Source: a virus
IMG/VR virus record: IMGVR_UViG_3300043185_000079
DNA: 64,000 nt
Direction: 5' to 3' (one strand)
Shown: piece after piece, positions 1 to 8,448 of the stretch
Layout of the letters: the number at the start of each line of letters is the position of its first letter
Position numbering within the stretch: position 1 is the first letter of the stretch
The notes under the pieces: model-generated
Database searches by the model: none
What the model was told of the DNA's origin: nothing
Seen by the model: the letters and a program-made list of their open reading frames with translations, nothing else
Position numbers and translations under genes: made by a program

Positions 1-628
1 CGATCTCCGGCTTCTTGATCTGCGGGACCGGCTTGAGGATCTCCATGACGGTCATGAGGCGATCGACGTCGTGGCCGTCGTTGCCGTGGCACAGGCCGGG
101 CAGGGCATCCAGAAGCTCCTCCTTGGTCTCGACCTTGGGCTTGACGATGTCGGCGAGCTGCGCCTCGTTGGAGACGAGCTTGGCGAGTGCCTGCTGGAGC
201 TTCTCCATGAGGCCGTAGCGCTCGACCGCGGCGAGGTCGAGGGTCACGCCGGTGGTCACGAGGTAGCCGGAGACGTCGATGCCCATGGCTTCCAGCGCCT
301 CGACCTTCTCGGCGGTGACCGTCATGCGCCGCGTCTGGACGAAGTCGAAGCTGCCCTCGTCTCCGTGGAAGCGGGCCATGTCCGGGCGACGCCCGGTGGC
401 GACGAACTTCTCGCACCAGACCCGGGTCATGTGTTGCTTACACATGGTCTCAGCGATGGCGATCTTGTCCTTGATCTCGTCCTGGATCTGGCGGCCCGCG
501 GCGACCACGTCGGCCGCGAGTCGAAGCTCCTTGGGGAAATCGACCTTCTCGTGGACCTTGGCCTTGCGGCCGGACTTGGCGGGCTGGGGCTTCGGGGCAA
601 AGATGGAGTTGACGTCCGCGTTCTTCAT
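1..628 (-). CDS. hypothetical protein, partial (runs off the window start)
   Basis: Read by eye on the minus strand: MKNADVNSIFAPKPQPAKSGRKAKVHEKVDFPKE..., open to base 1. Strong GC3 bias, AGGA RBS, and a TGTAAG-N14-CGTAC motif upstream. Absent from the ORF track because it has no stop in the window. Confidence 0.8.
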   Translation of the reverse strand, partial: MKNADVNSIFAPKPQPAKSGRKAKVHEKVDFPKELRLAADVVAAGRQIQDEIKDKIAIAETMCKQHMTRVWCEKFVATGRRPDMARFHGDEGSFDFVQTRRMTVTAEKVEALEAMGIDVSGYLVTTGVTLDLAAVERYGLMEKLQQALAKLVSNEAQLADIVKPKVETKEELLDALPGLCHGNDGHDVDRLMTVMEILKPVPQIKKPEI

Positions 629-675
629 GGTTCCTGTCTTTCCGGCCCTCTCGGGCGGCTGTGCTGTCCCGTCTT

Positions 676-701
676 GTACGGGGGCGGGGCCGATCTTACA
701 C
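676..701 (-). promoter_or_regulatory. class II (ECF-like) promoter motif GTGTAAG-N14-CGTAC
   Basis: One of six copies of the same bipartite motif, each just upstream of a gene start. Confidence 0.7.
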
Positions 702-737
702 GTCCGGCCCAGGGGAGGTTCGCGATAACCGCGGGTA

Positions 738-791
738 GTGGCCTAGTTTGACGGTGAGTGGCCTAAGTTGAGCCCGAAGGTGGCCTAGTTT
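738..791. repeat. three phased direct repeats GTGGCCTA(A)GTT
   Basis: Copies start at 738, 758 and 780 (spacing 20 and 22 bp) in a divergent intergenic region. Confidence 0.75.
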
Positions 792-1079
792 CGGGAAGTG
801 CGGGCTCATCTGGCGCAGATCTCGCAACCCTGGCAGACTTGAGCCAACCAAAAAGAACGCCCATCGAGCGCTTGCCGAGTCTCTGGGCAAGTGCGTCCAG
901 AGACCCGATGCCAAAGTCCTTTGTCAACCGTCCCCACCTAGCACTTCGCCAGGACCCATCCTGGAGGGCACCCGCCGATCGCGGGAGGGAAACCTCGCGG
1001 CCGTCCACGGAAAGACGGGCAAGTGCCCAGGCAGCGAACCACACAGGAGATCCGGTCGGGATCCGTGGCGAGGAGTGCG

Positions 1080-1343
1080 ATGCCGGGCGGGACGAAGAAA
1101 TCCGGTACCAAGCAGGCCAAGCGGGTCAAGTCGCACGCGAATGGAAGAGCGACTGACACGCAGCTGGTCATGGCGGGAATCTTCCAGGGACTCACCGTGG
1201 CCCTCAAAGATCGACCCATCTCCGCGCTGCTGGGCATCTTCTCCGATCTCAAGAAGATCGGGATCGACTTCGACAAGTACACGCTCCAGGACTTGGTCGC
1301 TCTCGAGCGGGTCTTCGTTCCTGGGGGAGCCCGGACATCCTGA
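1080..1343 (+). CDS. hypothetical protein
   Basis: GAGGAG RBS before ATG 1080; GC3-biased codons (MPGGTKKSG...). Confidence 0.7.
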   Translation: MPGGTKKSGTKQAKRVKSHANGRATDTQLVMAGIFQGLTVALKDRPISALLGIFSDLKKIGIDFDKYTLQDLVALERVFVPGGARTS

Positions 1344-1344
1344 C

Positions 1345-1950
1345 CTACTCCTGCGGAGCCAGGGGCACTCCCCCTCGCGAGCACGTGAGCTTCATGTAGG
1401 CCACGACATCGCCCTCGTCGGCCTCCAACCCCCACCGCTCCTTTGTTGCCGTCCACCAGTCGAGGTAGGGGCAGCGAGTCGGCTCGTGGGGAGGGAGCCA
1501 CGCCTCCGGGCCTCTCGATCCCTTCGACCTGTTCGGCGTGACGGCTACGGCGCGCAGGTTGGCCGTGTCGTTGTAGAAGGCTCTCTTCTTCGCGGAGTCC
1601 CACGTCCATCCGCCGCTTTCGTGGGCCTCTTCGAGCGCGACGACGTGGTCGATTTCCAGATCGGAGGCGCTGGTGATGGCGAGTCCGGTGTACGGTTCCG
1701 TCCATCGCCCGGAGATGACGCGACACGGCTTGGCCGGATCAGCGAACGTCACTGGGATCTCGCTGTCCCTGATCAGCACCTCGGCCCGCGTGTCCTGGCA
1801 GTCCTTGTCCTCGTCGACCCATCGGCCCCACTCGTCCCGATCGTACGGAGGAATTGTCTCCTCGAGGCATGGTTCGCTGATGATCGCAGGCGTGGCCGCA
1901 GCGGCACAGGCCGACGAGAGGAAGGCTCCGAGGAGGATGCGTCGTCGCAC
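1345..1950 (-). CDS. exported HNH-type endonuclease (DUF1524-like)
   Basis: N-terminal signal-like segment; motifs YDRDEW, C.DTR.EVLIRD, W..PY, IDHVVALEEAHESGG, NL.AV...NRSKG, WLPP. Confidence 0.85.
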   Translation of the reverse strand: MRRRILLGAFLSSACAAAATPAIISEPCLEETIPPYDRDEWGRWVDEDKDCQDTRAEVLIRDSEIPVTFADPAKPCRVISGRWTEPYTGLAITSASDLEIDHVVALEEAHESGGWTWDSAKKRAFYNDTANLRAVAVTPNRSKGSRGPEAWLPPHEPTRCPYLDWWTATKERWGLEADEGDVVAYMKLTCSRGGVPLAPQE

Positions 1951-1980
1951 CTGCTCACGTTACCGTGGTATTGTCGTCCT

Positions 1981-2286
1981 GTGGAGGAATGGCTCCGAAA
2001 GGTCCGCGATCTTGATCTCGAGGGTCGAATTGACGACTCCCTGGACGTCCTCTACGAGCATGCTGACGATCTCATGCTGGAGGGCAGGTTCTCCGAACTC
2101 GACGGAGTAGTCGGGCAAGTGGACGTCGAGGGGATGAGTCTCGACCTGATGATCGGGTTCCTCACGATCACGAATCTCGCGAAGGAACATCTTCCTTCGC
2201 GAGCGACTCTCGTCACGGCGATCGAGACCAGGATCCGGGAGATTGCGCCCGAGCGCGAGGAGTCTCTGTTGCGGGGCCTGCGGTGA
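1981..2286 (+). CDS. hypothetical protein
   Basis: Coding-like 3' part of ORF 1075..2286; GTG start 6 nt after GG-TATTGT. Confidence 0.7.
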   Translation: MEEWLRKVRDLDLEGRIDDSLDVLYEHADDLMLEGRFSELDGVVGQVDVEGMSLDLMIGFLTITNLAKEHLPSRATLVTAIETRIREIAPEREESLLRGLR

Positions 2287-2301
2287 CGGGGTAGAACACC
2301 C

Positions 2302-2493
2302 ATGCGGATTTTCTTGCGACGGCCCGAGAGCGTCTGCATGCGAGACCTCGTCCCGCCAAGCGCGAAGATCGGTGACGATCGTCGCAGCCGTGTGCTCCTC
2401 GCCGAGTATTCCAGAGCCTACTTCGAGAGTTGGTCGACGCACTGCCATCGCCTATTCCGCGCCTACATGAGCGGCGAGGATCCGTATGGCTGA
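2302..2493 (+). CDS. small hypothetical protein
   Basis: Short ORF that overlaps the next start; GGTAG motif upstream. Confidence 0.5.
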   Translation: MRIFLRRPESVCMRDLVPPSAKIGDDRRSRVLLAEYSRAYFESWSTHCHRLFRAYMSGEDPYG

Positions 2494-2959
2494 CGGGTGG
2501 GAATTGGCTCTGCCGTCGTGCGACGACTGCAGGGGGACGGGCATCTCGCATTTGTTCTATGGGCGATGCTGGACGTGCTGCGGGGCGGGCAAGATCCCTG
2601 CGTATCGTCTCCTCTTGACGCACGTTGGAATCTGCACGCTGGCCGAAAAAGTGGCCGGTCGCCATCTCGCCATCGAGGACATCAGGCACGCGGTCGAGAC
2701 TCCGGGTGCCTTCGACTCCGGTGAGGTCACTCGGATGCGACACGCCGTGAGGTACGTCGACGTGTTATCGAAGAACCCGTGCGGCGTGTGCCGGACGTTC
2801 CAGATCGAGGAGAGGTGGGTGGGAACGGGATTTTGCAGCGAAGCATGCTCGCGCGCCGACACGCGCATTCGGACTGGCAACGCTGGGACGGTCACGATCA
2901 CGGGTGGTGGCGGGTGGACGAGCGCCAGCTGTGGGACGATCACAGGCAGCACCACCTGA
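2486..2959 (+). CDS. Zn-finger protein (CxxCxGxG repeats)
   Basis: CDDCRGTG...CWTCCGAG and CGVC...FCSEAC motifs. Confidence 0.6.
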   Translation: MADGWELALPSCDDCRGTGISHLFYGRCWTCCGAGKIPAYRLLLTHVGICTLAEKVAGRHLAIEDIRHAVETPGAFDSGEVTRMRHAVRYVDVLSKNPCGVCRTFQIEERWVGTGFCSEACSRADTRIRTGNAGTVTITGGGGWTSASCGTITGSTT

Positions 2960-3017
2960 CGCAGCTCGGCGAGCGAGCCGAAATTTTGGGTTTGCGAGAA
3001 TGCTTCCATGTCATTAT

Positions 3018-3251
3018 GTGGGCGTGGGCGTCCGGCGGTATCGCGTCAAGTTTGCGTTCCATGACGCGGAGGGGGTTTACCAGACCAAGACAAAGGAGTT
3101 CACGTCCCTCCGTGCCGCCGGGGAATTCGTGAGGGACCGGCCCGACCCCACGGACTTCCTAGAAATACGGGCAGTCAGCTACGAGACCTTGACCGACCAG
3201 GAACGAGAGATATTCGTCTTTTTCACCGAAGGGAAAGCCCATGCTCGTTAG
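3018..3251 (+). CDS. small hypothetical protein
   Basis: Coding-like 3' part of ORF 2904..3251; start uncertain. Confidence 0.5.
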   Translation: MGVGVRRYRVKFAFHDAEGVYQTKTKEFTSLRAAGEFVRDRPDPTDFLEIRAVSYETLTDQEREIFVFFTEGKAHAR

Positions 3252-3260
3252 GGCTTCTAT
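3247..3260 (+). promoter_or_regulatory. class III motif GTTA-N6-CTAT (putative late promoter)
   Basis: Ends 15 nt before ATG 3276; the same GNTW-N6-YTAT pattern recurs at 8794, 17654, 21057(-), 34385, 36766, 40945, 41042, 46606 and 61393, with near-matches at 22666 and 21578(-). Confidence 0.6.
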
Positions 3261-3275
3261 GAGGAAGGCCGTGGC

Positions 3276-4397
3276 ATGAGCCCGCTCGACGCCGTCATCC
3301 TTCGCCTTGCGCGCCACAACAATGATTTCCGCAAGGCACTTCGCGAGGAGATCGCGAAAGCTGGGGCTCGAAACGTTCAGTCCAAGCTGACAAAACCGCA
3401 GGAAAAGATCCTAGCAAAGTACATGGAACAAGGGGGCAGCGCGCAATTTTTCGATGATCTGCCCTCAGCCGTGCAGGCGAGTCTGCGGCGTCTGAAGGAT
3501 CAGGAAACGCTGCACATGGACGCGGACAGATGGTTGTCGGATGCGAGCCTGCGGCGTCGGGCATCCGAGGCGTTTCGTCCCCCCAAGGGAATCGCGGCAG
3601 CAGTTCATGACGGAAAATTGCCTGCTCAAGTTCTGCTGATCTGGAAGTACGTCGCCGAGAAGATGGGAGACCACTTCGACTACAGCGGTGCCGTGTCCTA
3701 CTGGAGGGCGAAGTGCAAGAAGGAGGGGATCGACCTGCCCCCCGAGTTCATCACGGGCCTCGGGGGCAAGGGCGTCACGGCGAACTTCCCCCACAAGACC
3801 GGCGAGCAGATCGAAGACTGGGTCCGCGCGAGACTCAAGAGCGAGGGTCTCATCGCCGAGGCGGGCCAGACGGCGGCCGAGATTGGCCTGTCCATCACGA
3901 GCATCGAGCAGAAGATCCGCGAGGCGAAGACCCGCGTCGAGCAGCACATGCGCGGCATCGAGATGGGCGAGAAGGTCACGCAGCGGAAAAAGTGGCTGGC
4001 CAAGGCGCAGGAGGAACTCGTCGCGCTGGAGCGGCAGCTCGAGGAGGCTCGCCGCGGAGTCACCGTCATCGAGGAGGCAGCCCAGCGTCACGAGGACCAC
4101 CACGCGCCCAGCGTATCATTCGAGGAGCAATTCCAGAAGCTGCTCGCGGAGGCGACGAGGGAGATGTCTCAGCAACAAGTGCTGGACAAGGTGCTCCGCT
4201 CGCTCGCCGAGTTCAACGCTGGGCTCAAGGCTGCCGAAAGCTCCGCGCGCGTGGCAGTTCTCGGAGATCTCTGGGGCGTGCTGGAGCGTGTGTGGGACAA
4301 GATCAAGGGTGTTGTGGCCAGCATCGGCCGGTGGGCGAAGGGACTCTTCTCCTCGGCCACGAAGCTCAATGACCTCCTCGACAAGGCCGGGGCTTGA
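3276..4397 (+). CDS. modular coiled-coil protein with N-terminal ILRLA..DFRKAL motif (putative virion-internal protein)
   Basis: 373-aa ORF with strong codon bias; its N-terminal motif is shared with 8826 and 42309. The function is an inference. Confidence 0.6.
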   Translation: MSPLDAVILRLARHNNDFRKALREEIAKAGARNVQSKLTKPQEKILAKYMEQGGSAQFFDDLPSAVQASLRRLKDQETLHMDADRWLSDASLRRRASEAFRPPKGIAAAVHDGKLPAQVLLIWKYVAEKMGDHFDYSGAVSYWRAKCKKEGIDLPPEFITGLGGKGVTANFPHKTGEQIEDWVRARLKSEGLIAEAGQTAAEIGLSITSIEQKIREAKTRVEQHMRGIEMGEKVTQRKKWLAKAQEELVALERQLEEARRGVTVIEEAAQRHEDHHAPSVSFEEQFQKLLAEATREMSQQQVLDKVLRSLAEFNAGLKAAESSARVAVLGDLWGVLERVWDKIKGVVASIGRWAKGLFSSATKLNDLLDKAGA

Positions 4398-4483
4398 CGT
4401 CGCGTCCGGTCTCGGGTAGAACCCACAGGTCGGCACGGTGCCGGCATCGATCCCCGACCCACGACCACGAAAGGAGCCAAGCG

Positions 4484-4540
4484 ATGTCAGCCGCGACGTA
4501 TCGTCCCTATCCTTGGCTCCGCGGGTCGTGCGGGGCGTGA
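4484..4540 (+). other. putative leader peptide MSAATYRPYPWLRGSCGA inside a long hairpin
   Basis: AAAGGAG RBS; GGAGCCAAG (4473-81) pairs with CTTGGCTCC (4512-20), CACGACC with GGTCGTG, and CCCCG with CGGGG. Confidence 0.45.
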
Positions 4541-4597
4541 TCCAGGCCGAGACCTCGACACACGCCAAGCAGCCCGCGGAGCGGCCCTGACTCACTC

Positions 4598-4684
4598 TGG
4601 TGGATGGGTGCTGCTGGCAAGCACCGGTGGTCTGTAAAACCACCCAGCTTCGCGCTGTCGGGGGTTCGATTCCCTCTCCGCCAA
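4598..4684 (+). tRNA. tRNA-Tyr(GTA), atypical
   Basis: Acceptor TGGTGGA/TCCGCCA, D stem extendable to 6 bp, anticodon arm GTGGT-CTGTAAA-ACCAC, long variable arm, GGGGG-TTCGATT-CCCTC; no encoded CCA. Confidence 0.8.
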
Positions 4685-4688
4685 CCGA

Positions 4689-4771
4689 CGGTCGGTGACC
4701 CGAGCGGCAATGGGGGCGGACTGTAAATCCGCCGCGTTCGCGCTTCGCAGGTTCGAGTCCTGCCCGGCCGA
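4689..4771 (+). tRNA. tRNA-Tyr(GTA)
   Basis: CCC-GAGCGGCAAT-GGG D arm, GCGGA-CTGTAAA-TCCGC, long variable arm, GCAGG-TTCGAGT-CCTGC; acceptor CGGTCGG/CCGGCCG; no encoded CCA. Confidence 0.92.
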
Positions 4772-4814
4772 CGACAAGACGAGGACAGCCCGGAGAGACA
4801 GGTAGAAACGAGAC

Positions 4815-4951
4815 ATGAACATGACCACGAAGCAGCACTTGCTCGCAGGCGACGGGCTTGTCGAGGCGGAAGGCGACGTTCAGGCATGAGGTTCGCGATC
4901 CGCGAGGGCGGGAGGACCGTGGGCGCGGGCGTCCTGGAGGTCAGCGCCTAG
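4815..4951 (+). pseudogene. tuf: elongation factor Tu remnant (C-terminal fragment)
   Basis: 4886-4951 encodes MRFAIREGGRTVGAGVLEVSA*, the conserved EF-Tu C-terminus. It overlaps (ATGA) a 24-aa ORF MNMTTKQHL... in another frame. Confidence 0.85.
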
Positions 4952-4960
4952 GACGTGAAG

Positions 4961-4991
4961 GGGGCCGGGGAGGCGAATCCTCCCCGGCCCC
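4961..4991 (+). terminator. 13-bp GC hairpin ending the tRNA/tuf unit
   Basis: GGGGCCGGGGAGG-cgaat-CCTCCCCGGCCCC; no U tract. Confidence 0.7.
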
Positions 4992-5028
4992 TCGTGTAGA
5001 AGCCTTGTCAGGTCCGGGGCCGGCAGGC

Positions 5029-5055
5029 GTGTAAGACCAGCGAGGAGCCCCGTAC
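5029..5055 (+). promoter_or_regulatory. class II promoter motif GTGTAAG-N15-CGTAC
   Basis: Same bipartite motif with a 15-nt spacer, directly upstream of the DUF3228-like gene. Confidence 0.6.
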
Positions 5056-5832
5056 ATGCCCACGATGCCCACGGTCGCCGTCAGCCGGTTCGTCCGTCGC
5101 CAGACCCCGGAGTCCAGGTTCGGCCACTTCGCCGGGCCGTGGAGCCGCGTCGTCGATCTCGTGATCGAGAACTTCGACCGGGCGCGTCAGGGCTACCGCG
5201 ACGGGGTGATCCTGGTGCCGGTGCCCCCCGAGGGCTTCTTCACGTCCGTCGTGACCCTGCGGGACGGCGACCATCTCGCCGGGACCTACGAGCCCCGGAT
5301 GCCGGGCGAGGAGCCCCGCAAGAGCACCGTCGTCGTCGGCCGCGGCAAGAGCCCCGCCGTCGGTTGCGAGATCGTGCTCTACCGAGCCGACGTCCTGGCC
5401 GAGAACGACGAGCGCTCGGCCGACGCGGAATGGGAGATCATCAGCGTGAACGCCAACCCGGTTGAGGGCCCCGTGCCCATGGACCCCGGAACGCTCATGG
5501 CCAACCATTTCCAGATCAGCGGCGGCACGGCGACCAACATGGACGACGCCGCGTTCGTCGCCACGCTGCGCGAGTCGTTCCTGTGGTGGAGGGACAAGGC
5601 GTACGTCTACGGGGGACGTGATGGGCAGGCGCGCCACGGACGAGGCGAGTGGGTCGACGTGCCCGTCGATCTTCCCATGCGCGACCCGTCCGTCTCCATC
5701 AGCCTCCGCCTGCCGTACCAGATGCTCGCGATCCTCAAGGAGTACCAGACGATGCTCAAGCAGTGGCTGCACGAGAGGATCATCGTGGAGGCCAGGAAGT
5801 TCAAGGCGTCGCTGGCCAGGAAGGACGGATGA
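5056..5832 (+). CDS. DUF3228-like protein fused to a ribbon-helix-helix antitoxin-like fragment
   Basis: FVRRQ, GYRDGV, YEPR..GE.P, IVLY, WEIISVNA, PMDP.T.M.N..GG motifs; tail SVSISLRLP..ML..LKE.YQTMLKQWL. The true start may be 5065. Confidence 0.65.
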   Translation: MPTMPTVAVSRFVRRQTPESRFGHFAGPWSRVVDLVIENFDRARQGYRDGVILVPVPPEGFFTSVVTLRDGDHLAGTYEPRMPGEEPRKSTVVVGRGKSPAVGCEIVLYRADVLAENDERSADAEWEIISVNANPVEGPVPMDPGTLMANHFQISGGTATNMDDAAFVATLRESFLWWRDKAYVYGGRDGQARHGRGEWVDVPVDLPMRDPSVSISLRLPYQMLAILKEYQTMLKQWLHERIIVEARKFKASLARKDG

Positions 5833-5833
5833 C

Positions 5834-6232
5834 GTGCCCAAGACCCGCAAGCAGGAGATCCGTCGGAAGTTCCGCATGGCGGTGTTCCGCCGCGACGGGT
5901 ACCGATGCGTCGTGTGTGGCTTCCAGTCGAGCCCCGAGCGCGCAGACCACGAGATCGACGCGCACCACATCACTCCTCGCGAGCAGCTTCCAAACGGAGG
6001 CTACGTCGCCGAGAACGGAGCCACCCTGTGCGACGCGGCGAAGCAGAACCTTCCGCTCGTCCGTGGCTGTCACTACAGGGCCGAGCAGGTCCTCCTCCGC
6101 ATCTCGCAGGGGTGGACGCCCGGCGTAGGACCGCCCGAGGACCACGAGTACGAGTACACGCCCGAGGCGCTCTACGCGAGGATCGGGTCGAGCCCGGAGA
6201 GGGCGCGCGCGGTGTCCGAGTACCTGAAGTGA
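5834..6232 (+). CDS. HNH endonuclease
   Basis: VFRRDGYRCVVCG...DAHHI...NGATLC...CH. Confidence 0.85.
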   Translation: MPKTRKQEIRRKFRMAVFRRDGYRCVVCGFQSSPERADHEIDAHHITPREQLPNGGYVAENGATLCDAAKQNLPLVRGCHYRAEQVLLRISQGWTPGVGPPEDHEYEYTPEALYARIGSSPERARAVSEYLK

Positions 6233-6685
6233 TGGACGTCTTCCGTGAGCCCGGACGACCAGAGATCCACGTGTGGGACTGGGACGTCGTGTTCTTCCAC
6301 GGAGAGTTCAGGCTTCCGTGAGCCCGGACGACCAGAGATCCACGTGTGGGACTGGGACGTCGTGTTCTTCCACGGAGAGTTCAGGCTCCTCTGCACGGCC
6401 CCTGCCGACGAGAACATCGACGGACATCGGAAGGGTCCGTGCCCGCGGATAACCTCGGAGGTTGTCGGCGTCGATGGCCACCAGCTCGACGAACCGTGGT
6501 CGACACTGGCGAGGCCGGGAGCGCGACTGCACACGGTCTCTGGGAAGACCTACATCCTGCAGGGTCCGAGACGGGAGAGGCACGATCTCGCCGGCAACTC
6601 CGTGATCGACCCGGACTCGTGGTACAACCGTGACCGAGTGCCGAGGGAGGAGAAGCTGCCGTGGTGGCGGAGGATCCTGCGATGA
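6232..6685 (+). pseudogene. hypothetical gene frameshifted by a 73-bp tandem duplication
   Basis: 6240-6312 is repeated at 6313-6385; removing one copy gives a single 126-aa ORF from ATG 6232. Confidence 0.8.
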
Positions 6686-6891
6686 CGTTCCACGACTGCC
6701 TTATGGCATGCGCCGGCAACGGAGATTTCGTGAAGGAGTTCGACCGCCTCCACGGATCCAACCTGGGCCTGCGCGGGAGCGGGCTGGAGCTGGCGATAGA
6801 CGAGGCCACCGGGCGGAGGGACAACGATGACTTCATCAACTTCGTCTACGAGTGCATCTGGCTCCGGCTTCCGCCCGAGGCCAGGCAGTGA
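6682..6891 (+). CDS. small hypothetical protein
   Basis: ATGA overlap with the previous stop; GC3 bias. Confidence 0.7.
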   Translation: MTFHDCLMACAGNGDFVKEFDRLHGSNLGLRGSGLELAIDEATGRRDNDDFINFVYECIWLRLPPEARQ

Positions 6892-6973
6892 CCGGAGAGG
6901 CTCGGCCAGGGCGAGGGTTCTGAGCAGTTGATCTAGAACCTCGGTAAAGCTGGGTATCCCTAGGCAAATTTCC

Positions 6974-8431
6974 GTGCTAAACTACCGAAATCTCGTGAAG
7001 AAGTCGCGCCACTTCTATCTCCACCCGGAGACTAACCCAGGGAAGGTCGCTGCCCTGGAAGCCCTCCACGCCGAGTACGTCAAGTACGTTCGCATCTGCG
7101 TGCAGACCATGATCGACAACCAGAGGCTCAATCTCAAGCGGTCCGAGAAGCAGGCCTTCTTCCAGAAGTCTGAAAAGCTCACGAGCCAGATCCAGAAGAA
7201 CGCCCGCGACCACGCCATCCAGATCGTGAGTACTTGGGCCCAGGCCACCTACGAACGCGCCATCAAAAAGCACCTCACCCAACTCCACAGGTTCGGCCAG
7301 GTCTCCCAGGAGGAACGTCATGCCCTCTGCACCGTGGGAAAGCACCTGATCTCCAATCCCTGGAAACATGTCACCCGGGAGGCCATCGACACCTACTGGT
7401 CCCTCCTGCTCGACCCGGAGATCTCTGGCAACCCTCCCAAGGTGTCCGACCGCATCCCCATGCGGATGTCGGAGAACACCTGCATGCTGGCCGACGCCGA
7501 CGAGGCCGTGGTTGCCCCCATGTGGATCAAGATCTCCACGCTGGCTTCCAGGAAAGTCGTTTGGCTCCCACTCAGTGGAAACCCCTACGTCGAAAAGGCC
7601 GACGACGTGAGCAAGGGAGTTCACGCTCGGAAGGACAAGAGGGGACGCTGGAGGTTTGAGGTCGTCGAGCGCAAGGAGTGGGTCGTCCCTGAACCTCAGC
7701 CAGACGCGCCTAAGATCGGAGTAGATGTCGGTTTGAACGTGGTCACGGCTACATCGGACGGCCGGACGTTTGGTAAAGAGTTGAAACCTAAGTTCGACAA
7801 GCTCTACGAGCGAGTCAGGAATCTCCGGGCGAACCGTCAACGTCAAGGATTGAAGGGGAACAGCCCAAGGCTCGACCGTCTTGAAGACAAGCTCACCGGG
7901 ATGGTGAAGACGATCGCCGGAGAGGTGGCCAACAAACTCGTCAAGAGCGCGCCAGAGGGCACGGTGTTCGTGATCGAAGATCTCGACCTTCGTGGGTGTC
8001 GGGGCCAAAAGAGGTTTGCGTACCGGGCCTTGGCCCGGAGTTTGGAGACGAGGGCGCCGGTGATCAGGGTGAACCCGGCGTACACGTCCCAATGCTGTCC
8101 CTCCTGTGGCTACGTCAGCCGGTCCAACAGGAGGGGAACCGATTTCGTCTGCCGTTCATGTGGCAGGCGTTCTCACGCCGACGTGGTGGGAGGGATCAAC
8201 CTGCTGAGACGTTCTCAGGACGAACAGGTTGGTCTTGGAGATCACCATCGAGACGTGAGGGAGTTGCTGCGAGCGCGATTCCGACTTGCCCGTCAGGGCA
8301 TGAGGACCAGTTCCGCAGGACTGAAAACCGCGCCTGTACCGTCAGGCCGGAGGCTTACTACCGGAGCATCGCCGTCATGGCGGGGCCGGCACAGCCTCGA
8401 ATCAGGAACCCAAGTTTTCCCAAGTTCCTGA
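6974..8431 (+). mobile_element. tnpB: IS200/IS605-family TnpB (RNA-guided endonuclease), no adjacent tnpA
   Basis: RuvC-I IGVDVGLN, RuvC-II FVIEDL, VNPAYTSQCCPSCG, FVCRSCG, HAD...INL; lower GC than the flanks; imperfect hairpin at about 6914-6942 resembles a left end. Confidence 0.92.
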
Positions 8432-8448
8432 GTACGGTAACGTGGGGC

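Noticed and set aside
4598-4684. First tRNA as tRNA-Sec because of its extended D stem
   Set aside because: The anticodon is GTA and the acceptor stem is 7 bp, not 8.
6974-8431. TnpB as a Cas12f effector
   Set aside because: No adjacent repeat-spacer array is visible.
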